Positions 14,347 through 22,978 of a stretch of 64,000 bases of DNA are shown piece after piece. How positions within the stretch are numbered: position 1 is the stretch's first letter; the number at the start of each line of letters is the position of its first letter. The stretch is from Anaerolineae bacterium. GTDB lineage: Bacteria > Chloroflexota > Anaerolineae > Aggregatilineales > Phototrophicaceae. The notes beneath the pieces are model-generated. The model saw only the letters and a list, made by a program, of their open reading frames with translations, did not search any database and was not told where the DNA came from. The position numbers and the translations under genes were made by a program. Location of the stretch: positions 4,116 to 68,115 of the forward strand of contig DAOTWY010000040.1 in the NCBI GenBank assembly GCA_034435635.1. The letters run 5' to 3'.

Positions 14347-16872
14347 ATGCCAGATTGGTTAATAGAGACACTTAATGCCTTACCGGCTGTGTTGTTGATG
14401 ATAGGCGTTGGGTTACCTTGGGCGTTAGTTGTCTTACCGCGTCAGGATTGGGCGGATCGGGTGATGGTTGCCTGTTTAACGCTGGGTTTTGGACCAGCAC
14501 TTGTAACGCTCTGGATGTTTATTTTAGGTACAATTGGACAGGACGCGACCCCTAACGCAGGTGATTCGCCTAATCCCATGCAGACGCGGGCTGTAGCACT
14601 CGTTGGTGGGGAAAACTTGTTGCGTCCAGAATTGATCCTTATGGGCATCATTCCTATAATGCTGCTCGGCGGGGCTTTAGCATGGCATAAATGGCGTACG
14701 ACCACCCCCCAATCCAAACATAGCCAACCACTCGCACCAGATGAAAAAGTTCTAATTGCCTTGATTGTTGTGGCGACGATTATCCGCGGTTTGATTACAA
14801 CCTGGGTTGGGTTTGGTGCATGGGATGAGCTATGGGTCTATGGCTATCAGGGGCGAATTTATACACTGCTCGGTTTTATTCCTTCTGATATTGGATATTA
14901 TCCCCAATTCCTTCCGTTACAATACGCTTATGCCCAAATCATGAGTGCCGGTGAAATTGCCGACCACGCGGCACGAGTGGTCTTGCCTTTTCTTCAAGTC
15001 GGGAGTATTTTGGCGGCTTATGTGTTAGGTGCGCGGTTGTTCAATCGCCGTACTGGGATATTTGCCGCCGCGCTTTGGGCGTTGTATCCGCATTTTGGCT
15101 ATTGGTCACGGGTGGGTGATTTAGAGATCGTATTGACTTTTAGCTTTACGGCATCCGCTGCCTTTTTCTTGATGGCATGGTTAAATCACAACCGCCGTTA
15201 TGCATTCATTGCAGGGTTGTTTTTGGGCATTGCTATGTGGACAAAACCGACTGCTGGTGCGTTTATTTGGGCGGTGATATTGTTAGTCGTTGTCGAATTT
15301 ATTCGTGTGCGTGGAGATTGGCGGGCGTGGTTGCCGCGGTTTCAATTGGCTGTCATCACGGGGGTAGCCTGCATACCTCTTGGGGCGTTATGGTATGTTC
15401 GTAATATTCTGATTGGACATGATCCTATTGTTATGCCACCAAGCTATTGGAATGACCTCGCTACACGTGGCGGGCATTTATTCGGCTGGTATTTATTGGG
15501 TCTATCTTTGCTCATTCTTTATCTGTTTACGCAACATTACCGTCCTAATTGGCGTAATGTGTTACTTGGTAGTAGTTTGATTGCCCTTGCAGTGATCCGC
15601 ACAATTTTACACCCAGGACGTATGTCCTTATTAGAAAGCGCGCTGTTGATTTTGGGTGTGGTTATCCTTACCTTTGTGATTTTGGATTACGCTTTTGCAC
15701 ACGTAGATTCAAAATTGCTTGGCAAAATTGGCTGGTCACAGTTAATTGTTTTGCCATATTTTGTGACGTGGTTTTATTCTTATAGCTATCATTATCGCTT
15801 GTCGTTTCCCATCGTACCATTGATGATCCTCCCAACTGCTGCCTTATTGGCACATTGGCTTAAACCGGATTGGATTGCCACATGGCGTTTTCCACGTCGT
15901 TTGATGTATGCAACTGCTGTTGTGCTGCTTGCTTTGCCGGGGATTGCTGTTTCGGTTTATGATGACGCGCTTGGTTGGGATTGGTTGTGGACAATTCCAC
16001 CGGAAGGAGATTATTCACAAGCGGCTTTATTAGGGGTGGTGGATCATTTGCAAACATACATAGATACACATGACCAGCCACCGGTTGTGATCGCACCAGG
16101 TATGCAAACATTGCCTTTTTTCTTTCCGCTATTAGATATTCGTACTACCGACACGCCAATGGAAACGCGCCAATTACATGGCGCAACACATTTTATTTAT
16201 GGTACTGTTGAAACACCTTATCAATATCGACTGGCTGGTATAGAACCAGATTTCCCAGGGGAGCGATTGCCATATTGGAGTCAGATGTTTGCCAGCTTGT
16301 ATCGCGAAAATGTGGCAGAGCCTTTTGTCGTGTTTGAAGACCCAGCGTTCAGCTATACTATTTTTGAATTACATCCACAAGACCGTTTTTCTCCCCCAGC
16401 ACTGATGCCACAAGTCCAATTTGAAGATGAAATTATATTTGGTGGCTTCGCGCGGTTTATTGGCTATTCCTATTCTGATACACTTTTAGTCTATAACCCA
16501 GATCACATCGACCTGCATATGGTCTTTGAGGTGTTAGCACCTGTGCCAGATGATTATTTCATGTTTGTTCATCTCGTCCACAAGGATGACCCTAACACAC
16601 GCTTAGGCGGCGCAGATGGTCCGGTTCGTTACAGCTATCGTACACCGGTTTATTATTCCACCCGCTTTTGGGAAGTTGGAGAATATGTTATTGATCGACG
16701 TGGCTTCTGGTATGATCCAATGGGGCAGTGGGGGGATGATGATTTCCGCATCCGCATTGGATTTTATAGCCAAACAGATGGACACCGCGCCCCATTAACC
16801 ATTAATGGAGAACCAGCCGGGGATGCGTTCACCTTGCCTACAGCGTTTAGCGTTCCCATGCCCCCAAGATAA
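14347..16872 (+). CDS. GT-C fold membrane glycosyltransferase (ArnT/PMT_2-like) with C-terminal extracytoplasmic module
   Basis: 841 aa with more than 10 TM helices. It has an acidic first-loop motif (GAWDELWVYGY) and the C-terminal soluble module shared with the other GT-C genes (DDYFMFVHLVH...FWEVGEYVID). Its 3' end overlaps the convergent gene by 26 nt. Confidence 0.8.
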   Translation: MPDWLIETLNALPAVLLMIGVGLPWALVVLPRQDWADRVMVACLTLGFGPALVTLWMFILGTIGQDATPNAGDSPNPMQTRAVALVGGENLLRPELILMGIIPIMLLGGALAWHKWRTTTPQSKHSQPLAPDEKVLIALIVVATIIRGLITTWVGFGAWDELWVYGYQGRIYTLLGFIPSDIGYYPQFLPLQYAYAQIMSAGEIADHAARVVLPFLQVGSILAAYVLGARLFNRRTGIFAAALWALYPHFGYWSRVGDLEIVLTFSFTASAAFFLMAWLNHNRRYAFIAGLFLGIAMWTKPTAGAFIWAVILLVVVEFIRVRGDWRAWLPRFQLAVITGVACIPLGALWYVRNILIGHDPIVMPPSYWNDLATRGGHLFGWYLLGLSLLILYLFTQHYRPNWRNVLLGSSLIALAVIRTILHPGRMSLLESALLILGVVILTFVILDYAFAHVDSKLLGKIGWSQLIVLPYFVTWFYSYSYHYRLSFPIVPLMILPTAALLAHWLKPDWIATWRFPRRLMYATAVVLLALPGIAVSVYDDALGWDWLWTIPPEGDYSQAALLGVVDHLQTYIDTHDQPPVVIAPGMQTLPFFFPLLDIRTTDTPMETRQLHGATHFIYGTVETPYQYRLAGIEPDFPGERLPYWSQMFASLYRENVAEPFVVFEDPAFSYTIFELHPQDRFSPPALMPQVQFEDEIIFGGFARFIGYSYSDTLLVYNPDHIDLHMVFEVLAPVPDDYFMFVHLVHKDDPNTRLGGADGPVRYSYRTPVYYSTRFWEVGEYVIDRRGFWYDPMGQWGDDDFRIRIGFYSQTDGHRAPLTINGEPAGDAFTLPTAFSVPMPPR

Positions 16873-18619
16873 CACTCCGCTCCCCGTTTTGTGTTGGTAT
16901 ATCTTGAATCTCCGGGGTGAAGTGATAGACCTTCACCCCGATTGTATAAATACCGGTTGATAACGTATCTATGCCCTGTGGAGTACGTGGATCATAAATA
17001 ACTTCACCTGGTTGCCACGTTTGTGTTGAACGGGGTGGGGGAGAATCCAACTGGGCAACCAACACCCCATCATGATTTAACAGATAAACTGAAACAACAT
17101 AGTCCGTTGATAATGCGCGATCTGTTTCCCACCATAAATCTACCCGACCAGTTGGGGTTACTTCAAATGCACGTAGAATCATGCCGTTTTCAAAGGTGGC
17201 AACTGTTTCATCTGGCAAAATATCATACCGATAAACATCAATTTCGCTGCCAAGATGCTGATATGGGCGTGTCATGGTGCGGGTAAACCCTGCCGCATCC
17301 AATTTATCTAAAATTCCATCATCCGGGCTGAAAAACGTGACCCAAGCCGTTATAACATCGGTTTGTATATCAACTTGTTGTGCCAATAAATCCGGTAGGA
17401 AAACCTCATAATAATCGTAACGGGGCATATCGCTCCATACCGGAAAACTACTGATCTGCATCCCAGGCGGCAGTTGATGATCGTAATAATAAAGCAAGGC
17501 GGATTCCTCAAAGCCCACTTCCATCAATGCTAATTCACCAGGTTGGGCATATTCAGCAATTAAATGCGTGATGCGATGCCACGGCACTTTAATCCGATAC
17601 CAGTCGACGGTGGTGGTGCCATAAAATAGCAACGCCATGACAATCACAATCTGCCCACGTCGGCTTAAGTTAGCTATGCCCAGCGCAATCAAAAGGCAAA
17701 TTGGTAGGGTAATCTGAACCATCCGCCGCGCCAATAACACCGCTTCTTCATGTCCTAAGGCGAACGTCCCCGCAACTGGTACGATGATTAGTCCGGCTAG
17801 CAATACTGTCGGGGCGAGTGGGCGGATAGCAATGCGCTCTTTGACGACCCATACCATACCGAATAACAATAGTAACAGTGTCAATGCCCAAACTTGACCA
17901 AACCATTTTTCACGGAAATCTAACAGAATGTCCCAGTTTTGTGATGTGGCGCAATTAACACACACTGCATCATCAGCAAATTGCTGCAAAGTTACCCCAA
18001 AAAACCATGGGGCAAACACCAACCCACTAACGATTAAGGCAAATATTCCCCGCCATTTATTTTTTGCAAATATTAGGAGGTGAATCCCTTGCACAATCAA
18101 CACAAATGCGCCGAAGTAATGTGTATAAATCAACAAAATATTGGCAATTACCCAGGGGAGTATCTTACCAAGCCGCAAAAATCGTAGATAAAACCATGTG
18201 CTACATGCCGCAAACAATACATGCCAAGTATACATGCGGAGTTCCTGTGCCATGTAATTCTCTGCATCTGCCAGTGCCATCATCAACATGGCAAGCAGTG
18301 GTAAGTTCTTAACGTTAGGGCGATACCGTGTGAGTTCCCGCCCGATTTGAAAAACAACGGCTAATGACACCATAGACGGCAGCATTGACCACCATCGCAA
18401 CGCAAGTATGGAATCACCGGTTAGTTTTTCCCAAATGTGGAGTGTATAAAAATAAAACGGCGGATGACGATCTCCCAAGAGTGCATCAAATAGCGGGACT
18501 TTAAATGTGTAATAGACAAAGCCCTCATCTGTCCATAAGGCAGGACCGTCGATATTGATGATTCGTGTGATTGCCGCTAAGAGTAAGATTGCTGTTGCTA
18601 GTATCAAAGTTCTTCGCAT
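16847..18619 (-). CDS. GT-C family 39-like glycosyltransferase (PMT_2 type), paralog A
   Basis: 590 aa. N-terminal pattern RIINIDGPALWTDEGFVYY...HPPFYF, a polytopic core, and the C-terminal module YRYDILPDE...DLWWETD..DYVVSVYLLNHDGVLVAQLD. Confidence 0.85.
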   Translation of the reverse strand: MRRTLILATAILLLAAITRIINIDGPALWTDEGFVYYTFKVPLFDALLGDRHPPFYFYTLHIWEKLTGDSILALRWWSMLPSMVSLAVVFQIGRELTRYRPNVKNLPLLAMLMMALADAENYMAQELRMYTWHVLFAACSTWFYLRFLRLGKILPWVIANILLIYTHYFGAFVLIVQGIHLLIFAKNKWRGIFALIVSGLVFAPWFFGVTLQQFADDAVCVNCATSQNWDILLDFREKWFGQVWALTLLLLLFGMVWVVKERIAIRPLAPTVLLAGLIIVPVAGTFALGHEEAVLLARRMVQITLPICLLIALGIANLSRRGQIVIVMALLFYGTTTVDWYRIKVPWHRITHLIAEYAQPGELALMEVGFEESALLYYYDHQLPPGMQISSFPVWSDMPRYDYYEVFLPDLLAQQVDIQTDVITAWVTFFSPDDGILDKLDAAGFTRTMTRPYQHLGSEIDVYRYDILPDETVATFENGMILRAFEVTPTGRVDLWWETDRALSTDYVVSVYLLNHDGVLVAQLDSPPPRSTQTWQPGEVIYDPRTPQGIDTLSTGIYTIGVKVYHFTPEIQDIPTQNGERSVILGAWER

Positions 18620-18665
18620 GAGGCGGCATTATACTATAGTTGGCGAAAGACCGTAAGACATTGAT

Positions 18666-20471
18666 CTAACCTTCAATCGTGAGCCACGGGGTACTTTGCG
18701 AAGTTGGGATGTCAATGATTGCATTGGGTGTCCATTGATATACCTTCACGATGATTTCATACTCACCTGGCAAGCTATCTGATAACAAATCAAGCCATTT
18801 GCCATCATACACTACGCCCTGGTTAAGCATTGCCGCACTGATTGGTGAATCTTTTTGGGCGATTACTTGTCCACTTTGATCTAAAATGACAACAGATGTC
18901 GTGTAATCTGCATCGAGTTGTGTGGTTGTTTCCCACCATAAATCCACTCGTAATGCTTCCAGATCAACCTCAGCCGCCCGCAAAACCATACCGTTTTGAT
19001 AACTTCCTCGCGCTGAATCCGGTAGGAAGTCATAGCGATATAGATGAATTGCGTTCCCAAGGTGATCGGTCACAATATCCATTGTGCGGTGATAATTTGC
19101 TGCTTCTAACCGTTGTAACAATGTATCATCTTTACTCCAGAAGACTACCCATGCCGTTGCTACGTCACCTGTTCGGTTTTGCTGATTATACGGTAATAGC
19201 ACATTGGGCAGGTATAAATCGTAATAAGTTGGATGATCGGTAATCTCATTAATTGTCCGATCTCCTAAGAAGGGGAATGAACTAAATAATGCACCTTCTG
19301 GCATCCCACGTTGCCAATAATATTTCATGGGGTATTGTCCAACTTCTACCTGTGGTAAATACAAATCCCCCGGCTGTCCTAATGTCAACGCTGGTTGAGC
19401 GATGATATTCCAGGGTTCTTTGATGCGATAGTAATCTACAGTAGAAACACCATATAACGTCAGTGCGCAAACCAACAACACACGGCTCAAACGATCCACC
19501 CGCGCTAATCCATATGCCACCATCAATGCAATTGCCGGCGCGACAATCAACAACTTCCGTTCTGTTAATAATGCGGCAAAAAGATTACCAAAGAACAGCA
19601 CACCAAACGGTATCGCAAACCACATCACAACTAAGAATGCCTTGCCTCGGTTCTTGCCTGGTATCAGCAAGCCGCCAATACCCAATACAGCTAACACCAA
19701 CATCAAAGACCACATGGCACCCAAGTAGCTATCTCGTAAGGCAAGGAATGTTTGCCAATTGGATGGAATCGCAAACGGCAGGCTATGATCAATCGCGTTT
19801 TTTGCTTGTGGAATGGTGACAAATAAAAACCAGGGCAGCAGTAAAAGCCCACTTAACGCCAGCCACGCTACCCCTTCAACACGCTTTCTGCCGCGTGAAA
19901 ACAGCAAAATATGCATCCCTTGAATTGCCGGAATAAACACACCTTGATAATGGGTATAAACCAGTGCGGTGATACCACCTGCCCACAATATGCCGCCGCT
20001 GCGATCTCCGCGTCGTAACCATCGCAGATACATCCACATGCTGAACGTAGCAAAAAATGTATACAGTGAATAATTCCGTGCTTCTTGTGCTAAAAAAATT
20101 TCCGCATCAGAAAGGGTGAGCATCAAAGCTGCCAGGATGGGCATACTGGTCAGCTCTGCTTCTTGATAGACAAGTTCACGTCCAATGCGGTAGATAAATG
20201 CTACCGTCCCCAGGCTAATCAAAGCTGAAAGATACCGCAACGCCAATGCTGAATCGCCGGTCAACGTGATCCAACCTCGTAGAATCACATAATACAATGG
20301 CGGGTGGGTATCTGTCGAAATGCGCGGAAACATATCATCCTGAATCACAATGTTCCAGGCGAATGCTTCATCAAACCAAATGCTCTGTTGTGTGATGTGA
20401 TAAATCCGCAGGCTTGCTGCCAAGAGCAATACCAGCACTACCCAGCGGAGTTGAATACGTTTTGATGTCAT
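18666..20471 (-). CDS. GT-C family 39-like glycosyltransferase (PMT_2 type), paralog B
   Basis: 601 aa, collinear with paralogs A and C. Motifs: RIYHITQQSIWFDEAFAWN, HPPLYY, YRYDFLPD, DLWWETT, VVILDQSGQVIAQKD. Confidence 0.85.
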   Translation of the reverse strand: MTSKRIQLRWVVLVLLLAASLRIYHITQQSIWFDEAFAWNIVIQDDMFPRISTDTHPPLYYVILRGWITLTGDSALALRYLSALISLGTVAFIYRIGRELVYQEAELTSMPILAALMLTLSDAEIFLAQEARNYSLYTFFATFSMWMYLRWLRRGDRSGGILWAGGITALVYTHYQGVFIPAIQGMHILLFSRGRKRVEGVAWLALSGLLLLPWFLFVTIPQAKNAIDHSLPFAIPSNWQTFLALRDSYLGAMWSLMLVLAVLGIGGLLIPGKNRGKAFLVVMWFAIPFGVLFFGNLFAALLTERKLLIVAPAIALMVAYGLARVDRLSRVLLVCALTLYGVSTVDYYRIKEPWNIIAQPALTLGQPGDLYLPQVEVGQYPMKYYWQRGMPEGALFSSFPFLGDRTINEITDHPTYYDLYLPNVLLPYNQQNRTGDVATAWVVFWSKDDTLLQRLEAANYHRTMDIVTDHLGNAIHLYRYDFLPDSARGSYQNGMVLRAAEVDLEALRVDLWWETTTQLDADYTTSVVILDQSGQVIAQKDSPISAAMLNQGVVYDGKWLDLLSDSLPGEYEIIVKVYQWTPNAIIDIPTSQSTPWLTIEG

Positions 20472-20553
20472 GTGCAGGAATCTATCACGGAGATAATTCT
20501 TCCGCTATGGTTAGTTCTAGACTGGTCAGGTATCCTAATGTCTGGAGGATATA

Positions 20554-22320
20554 ATGATGCGATATCTTATTCTGATTTCAATTTTTTTGCTGGCAGCCGC
20601 TGGGCGCATCATCAACATTGATGCAGAAAGCTTATGGGTGGATGAGGGCTTCAGCTATTGGGCGATTCGCCATCATGATATGCTTGGTTTAATCCTGCGT
20701 GATGTTCATCCACCGCTTTATTTTATTGGCTTGCGTGGCTGGGTAGAAGTTGCAGGTATTACAGAATTAGCGTTGCGCTATTTTTCTGTCCTCCCAAGTT
20801 TGCTCAGTGTGGCGATGATTTATCAATTGGCGCGTGAGGTTGGTTATTTGCGCCGTCATACATCAAATATTTTCCCTATGTTGGCGGCGTTGATGCTGGC
20901 ATTGGCAGATATGGAGAATTACATTGCACAGCAAGCGCGTATGTATACCTGGCATGTGTTGTGGGTGATTGTTAGCATGTGGGCGTTTTTGCGCTGGCAG
21001 CGTGTTCAAAAGCGTTTCCCGTTGATAATTTGGGCTGTTTCCTCTCTGTTGCTAATCTATACACATTACATTGGATTAGCAGCGTTAGGTGTGCAAGGCG
21101 TGTATGCACTCATTTTCCTGCGTGATAAAACTCGTCAGCAAGCAATCATCGTTCTGATGATTGTTGTCGGTTTGTTCATCCCCTGGATGCTGGCGGTTGT
21201 CAGCAATCAAACCGCCAATGTTGGCACTGGGTTTAATGTCCCTTCCTCGCTGGAATCCTTGTGGAATTGGCGGATCGAATGGTTTACTGGACAGTGGGCA
21301 TTACTAATGGGATTGGCTTTTTGGGGCTTGCTAACATGGCAAGGTCGTGAATTTCGTGTTGCACTACGAAGCGGTTTTTTGTTGGTGATGTGGGTTGTTG
21401 TCCCTGTGGCAGGGGCTTATATCCTGAACTATTACACCCCTATCCTGATGGACTATCGCCTCACACAAATTACACCAGCCATTGCGTTGCTCATTGCTCT
21501 TGGTTTAAGTAATTTTCGTCAACCAACGTTAGGCTTTTTGGTGGCGGTGATCCTGGTCTATGGTGTGGCGATCAATGATACTCCCCGTCCGCGCCCGCCC
21601 TGGCGTGAAGTCGGGCGTAATGCCGCGCTTTATGCCCAAGCCGGTGATTTGGCTTTGGCACACGTTGAACCATCCGGCGATTGGCAAGTGATGTATTATT
21701 TTGAACGCTTCATGCCCGATGTCGAACGGCGATCCATCCGCCAATGGAAACTTGAATCACCAGAAACTTATGGCTTTCTGCCAGATTTGCTGCGGCAGTA
21801 TCCTCATGTGTGGTATATGCACTGGTCAAGTGATATGGATGTCTTTCGTATGTTGACAGAAACAGGGCATGTTCAAACCGCTGTCATGAGTGAGGATTGG
21901 CTCGGTAACGATTTAAATGTGTATCGCTTTGATGTGTTACCGGATGAACCTGTTATCACCTATGAAAATGGCATGATCCTCCGTGATTTTACATTTATAC
22001 CAGAGCAACAACGACTTGATTTATGGTGGTCTGTTGATACCCCCCTCACCGTTGATTACACAATCTCTGCCTTTTTGCTGGATTCAAGCGGGATACTAGT
22101 CGCTCAAAGCGATGCGCAGCCATTCAATAACCAACGATCCACGACCACTTTTGCAGTAGATGAGGTGGTTTATGATCCACATGTGTTGCTGCCAGATGTC
22201 CCCGCCGGAACATACACCCTGGCGGTCAAAATTTATCTCTGGACACCACAGGGACTCATCGTGCAGCAAACCGCAGACGGTGCTGAATTCGCCACATTGG
22301 GAACGGTACGTTTACCATAA
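20554..22320 (+). CDS. GT-C family 39-like glycosyltransferase (PMT_2 type), paralog C
   Basis: 588 aa. Motifs: RIINIDAESLWVDEGFSYW, HPPLYF, YRFDVLPDE, DLWWSVD, AFLLDSSGILVAQSD. It is divergent from paralog B. Confidence 0.85.
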   Translation: MMRYLILISIFLLAAAGRIINIDAESLWVDEGFSYWAIRHHDMLGLILRDVHPPLYFIGLRGWVEVAGITELALRYFSVLPSLLSVAMIYQLAREVGYLRRHTSNIFPMLAALMLALADMENYIAQQARMYTWHVLWVIVSMWAFLRWQRVQKRFPLIIWAVSSLLLIYTHYIGLAALGVQGVYALIFLRDKTRQQAIIVLMIVVGLFIPWMLAVVSNQTANVGTGFNVPSSLESLWNWRIEWFTGQWALLMGLAFWGLLTWQGREFRVALRSGFLLVMWVVVPVAGAYILNYYTPILMDYRLTQITPAIALLIALGLSNFRQPTLGFLVAVILVYGVAINDTPRPRPPWREVGRNAALYAQAGDLALAHVEPSGDWQVMYYFERFMPDVERRSIRQWKLESPETYGFLPDLLRQYPHVWYMHWSSDMDVFRMLTETGHVQTAVMSEDWLGNDLNVYRFDVLPDEPVITYENGMILRDFTFIPEQQRLDLWWSVDTPLTVDYTISAFLLDSSGILVAQSDAQPFNNQRSTTTFAVDEVVYDPHVLLPDVPAGTYTLAVKIYLWTPQGLIVQQTADGAEFATLGTVRLP

Positions 22321-22402
22321 GTTTACAAATTGAGAAATGTTTTATAACACATACGGACGATTATTCACATACATACTCATCCAAGGGGAGGGCTAAATTG
22401 AT

Positions 22403-22912
22403 ATGAAGCGTTTTATGATTTTTGCTTTATTTGCAATAATCTTGATGTTGACTGCATGTAATCGTGGGCGCGTGGAAGGGGTGGAGCGTAACCCTAACGG
22501 TGGTGTTGATGTCACTGTAAGTATTACAGAAGCAGAAGTTACTGGTTGGATCGCTGATGTTCTTACTGTTTCTGGTAATCCATTATTGCGTGATCCACAA
22601 GTGGATTTGCAGAACGGGCAAATTGTTGTCACTGGTGAGCATGAAAGACGTGATGGTAGTGGACAACGTGTTGGGGGGAGCCTCATATTTACGCTCTCTG
22701 TTGTCGATGGTGCGTTGTTAGCACAGGTTGTTGATGTACAGATCGAAGGTATCACATTAGATGATCCGGCAATCTCAACAATTAATCAGCAATTGGTTAA
22801 TCGCCTACAACGCCGTGCTGATCCTGATAATCGTGCGATCAATTTTGTGAGCATCACCATTACCAACGATGAAATCCGTACAGTTATCAACGCTCGCCGT
22901 GTGAACCAGTAA
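22403..22912 (+). CDS. Hypothetical lipoprotein
   Basis: Lipobox LMLTAC near the N-terminus. 169 aa, embedded in the GT-C array. No family recognised. Confidence 0.6.
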   Translation: MKRFMIFALFAIILMLTACNRGRVEGVERNPNGGVDVTVSITEAEVTGWIADVLTVSGNPLLRDPQVDLQNGQIVVTGEHERRDGSGQRVGGSLIFTLSVVDGALLAQVVDVQIEGITLDDPAISTINQQLVNRLQRRADPDNRAINFVSITITNDEIRTVINARRVNQ

Positions 22913-22978
22913 AGGCTTTTCGCAAGGCATGAACCACCTTATAATCCCCCGAACAAGAGCCAATTGTTTGGGGGATTT

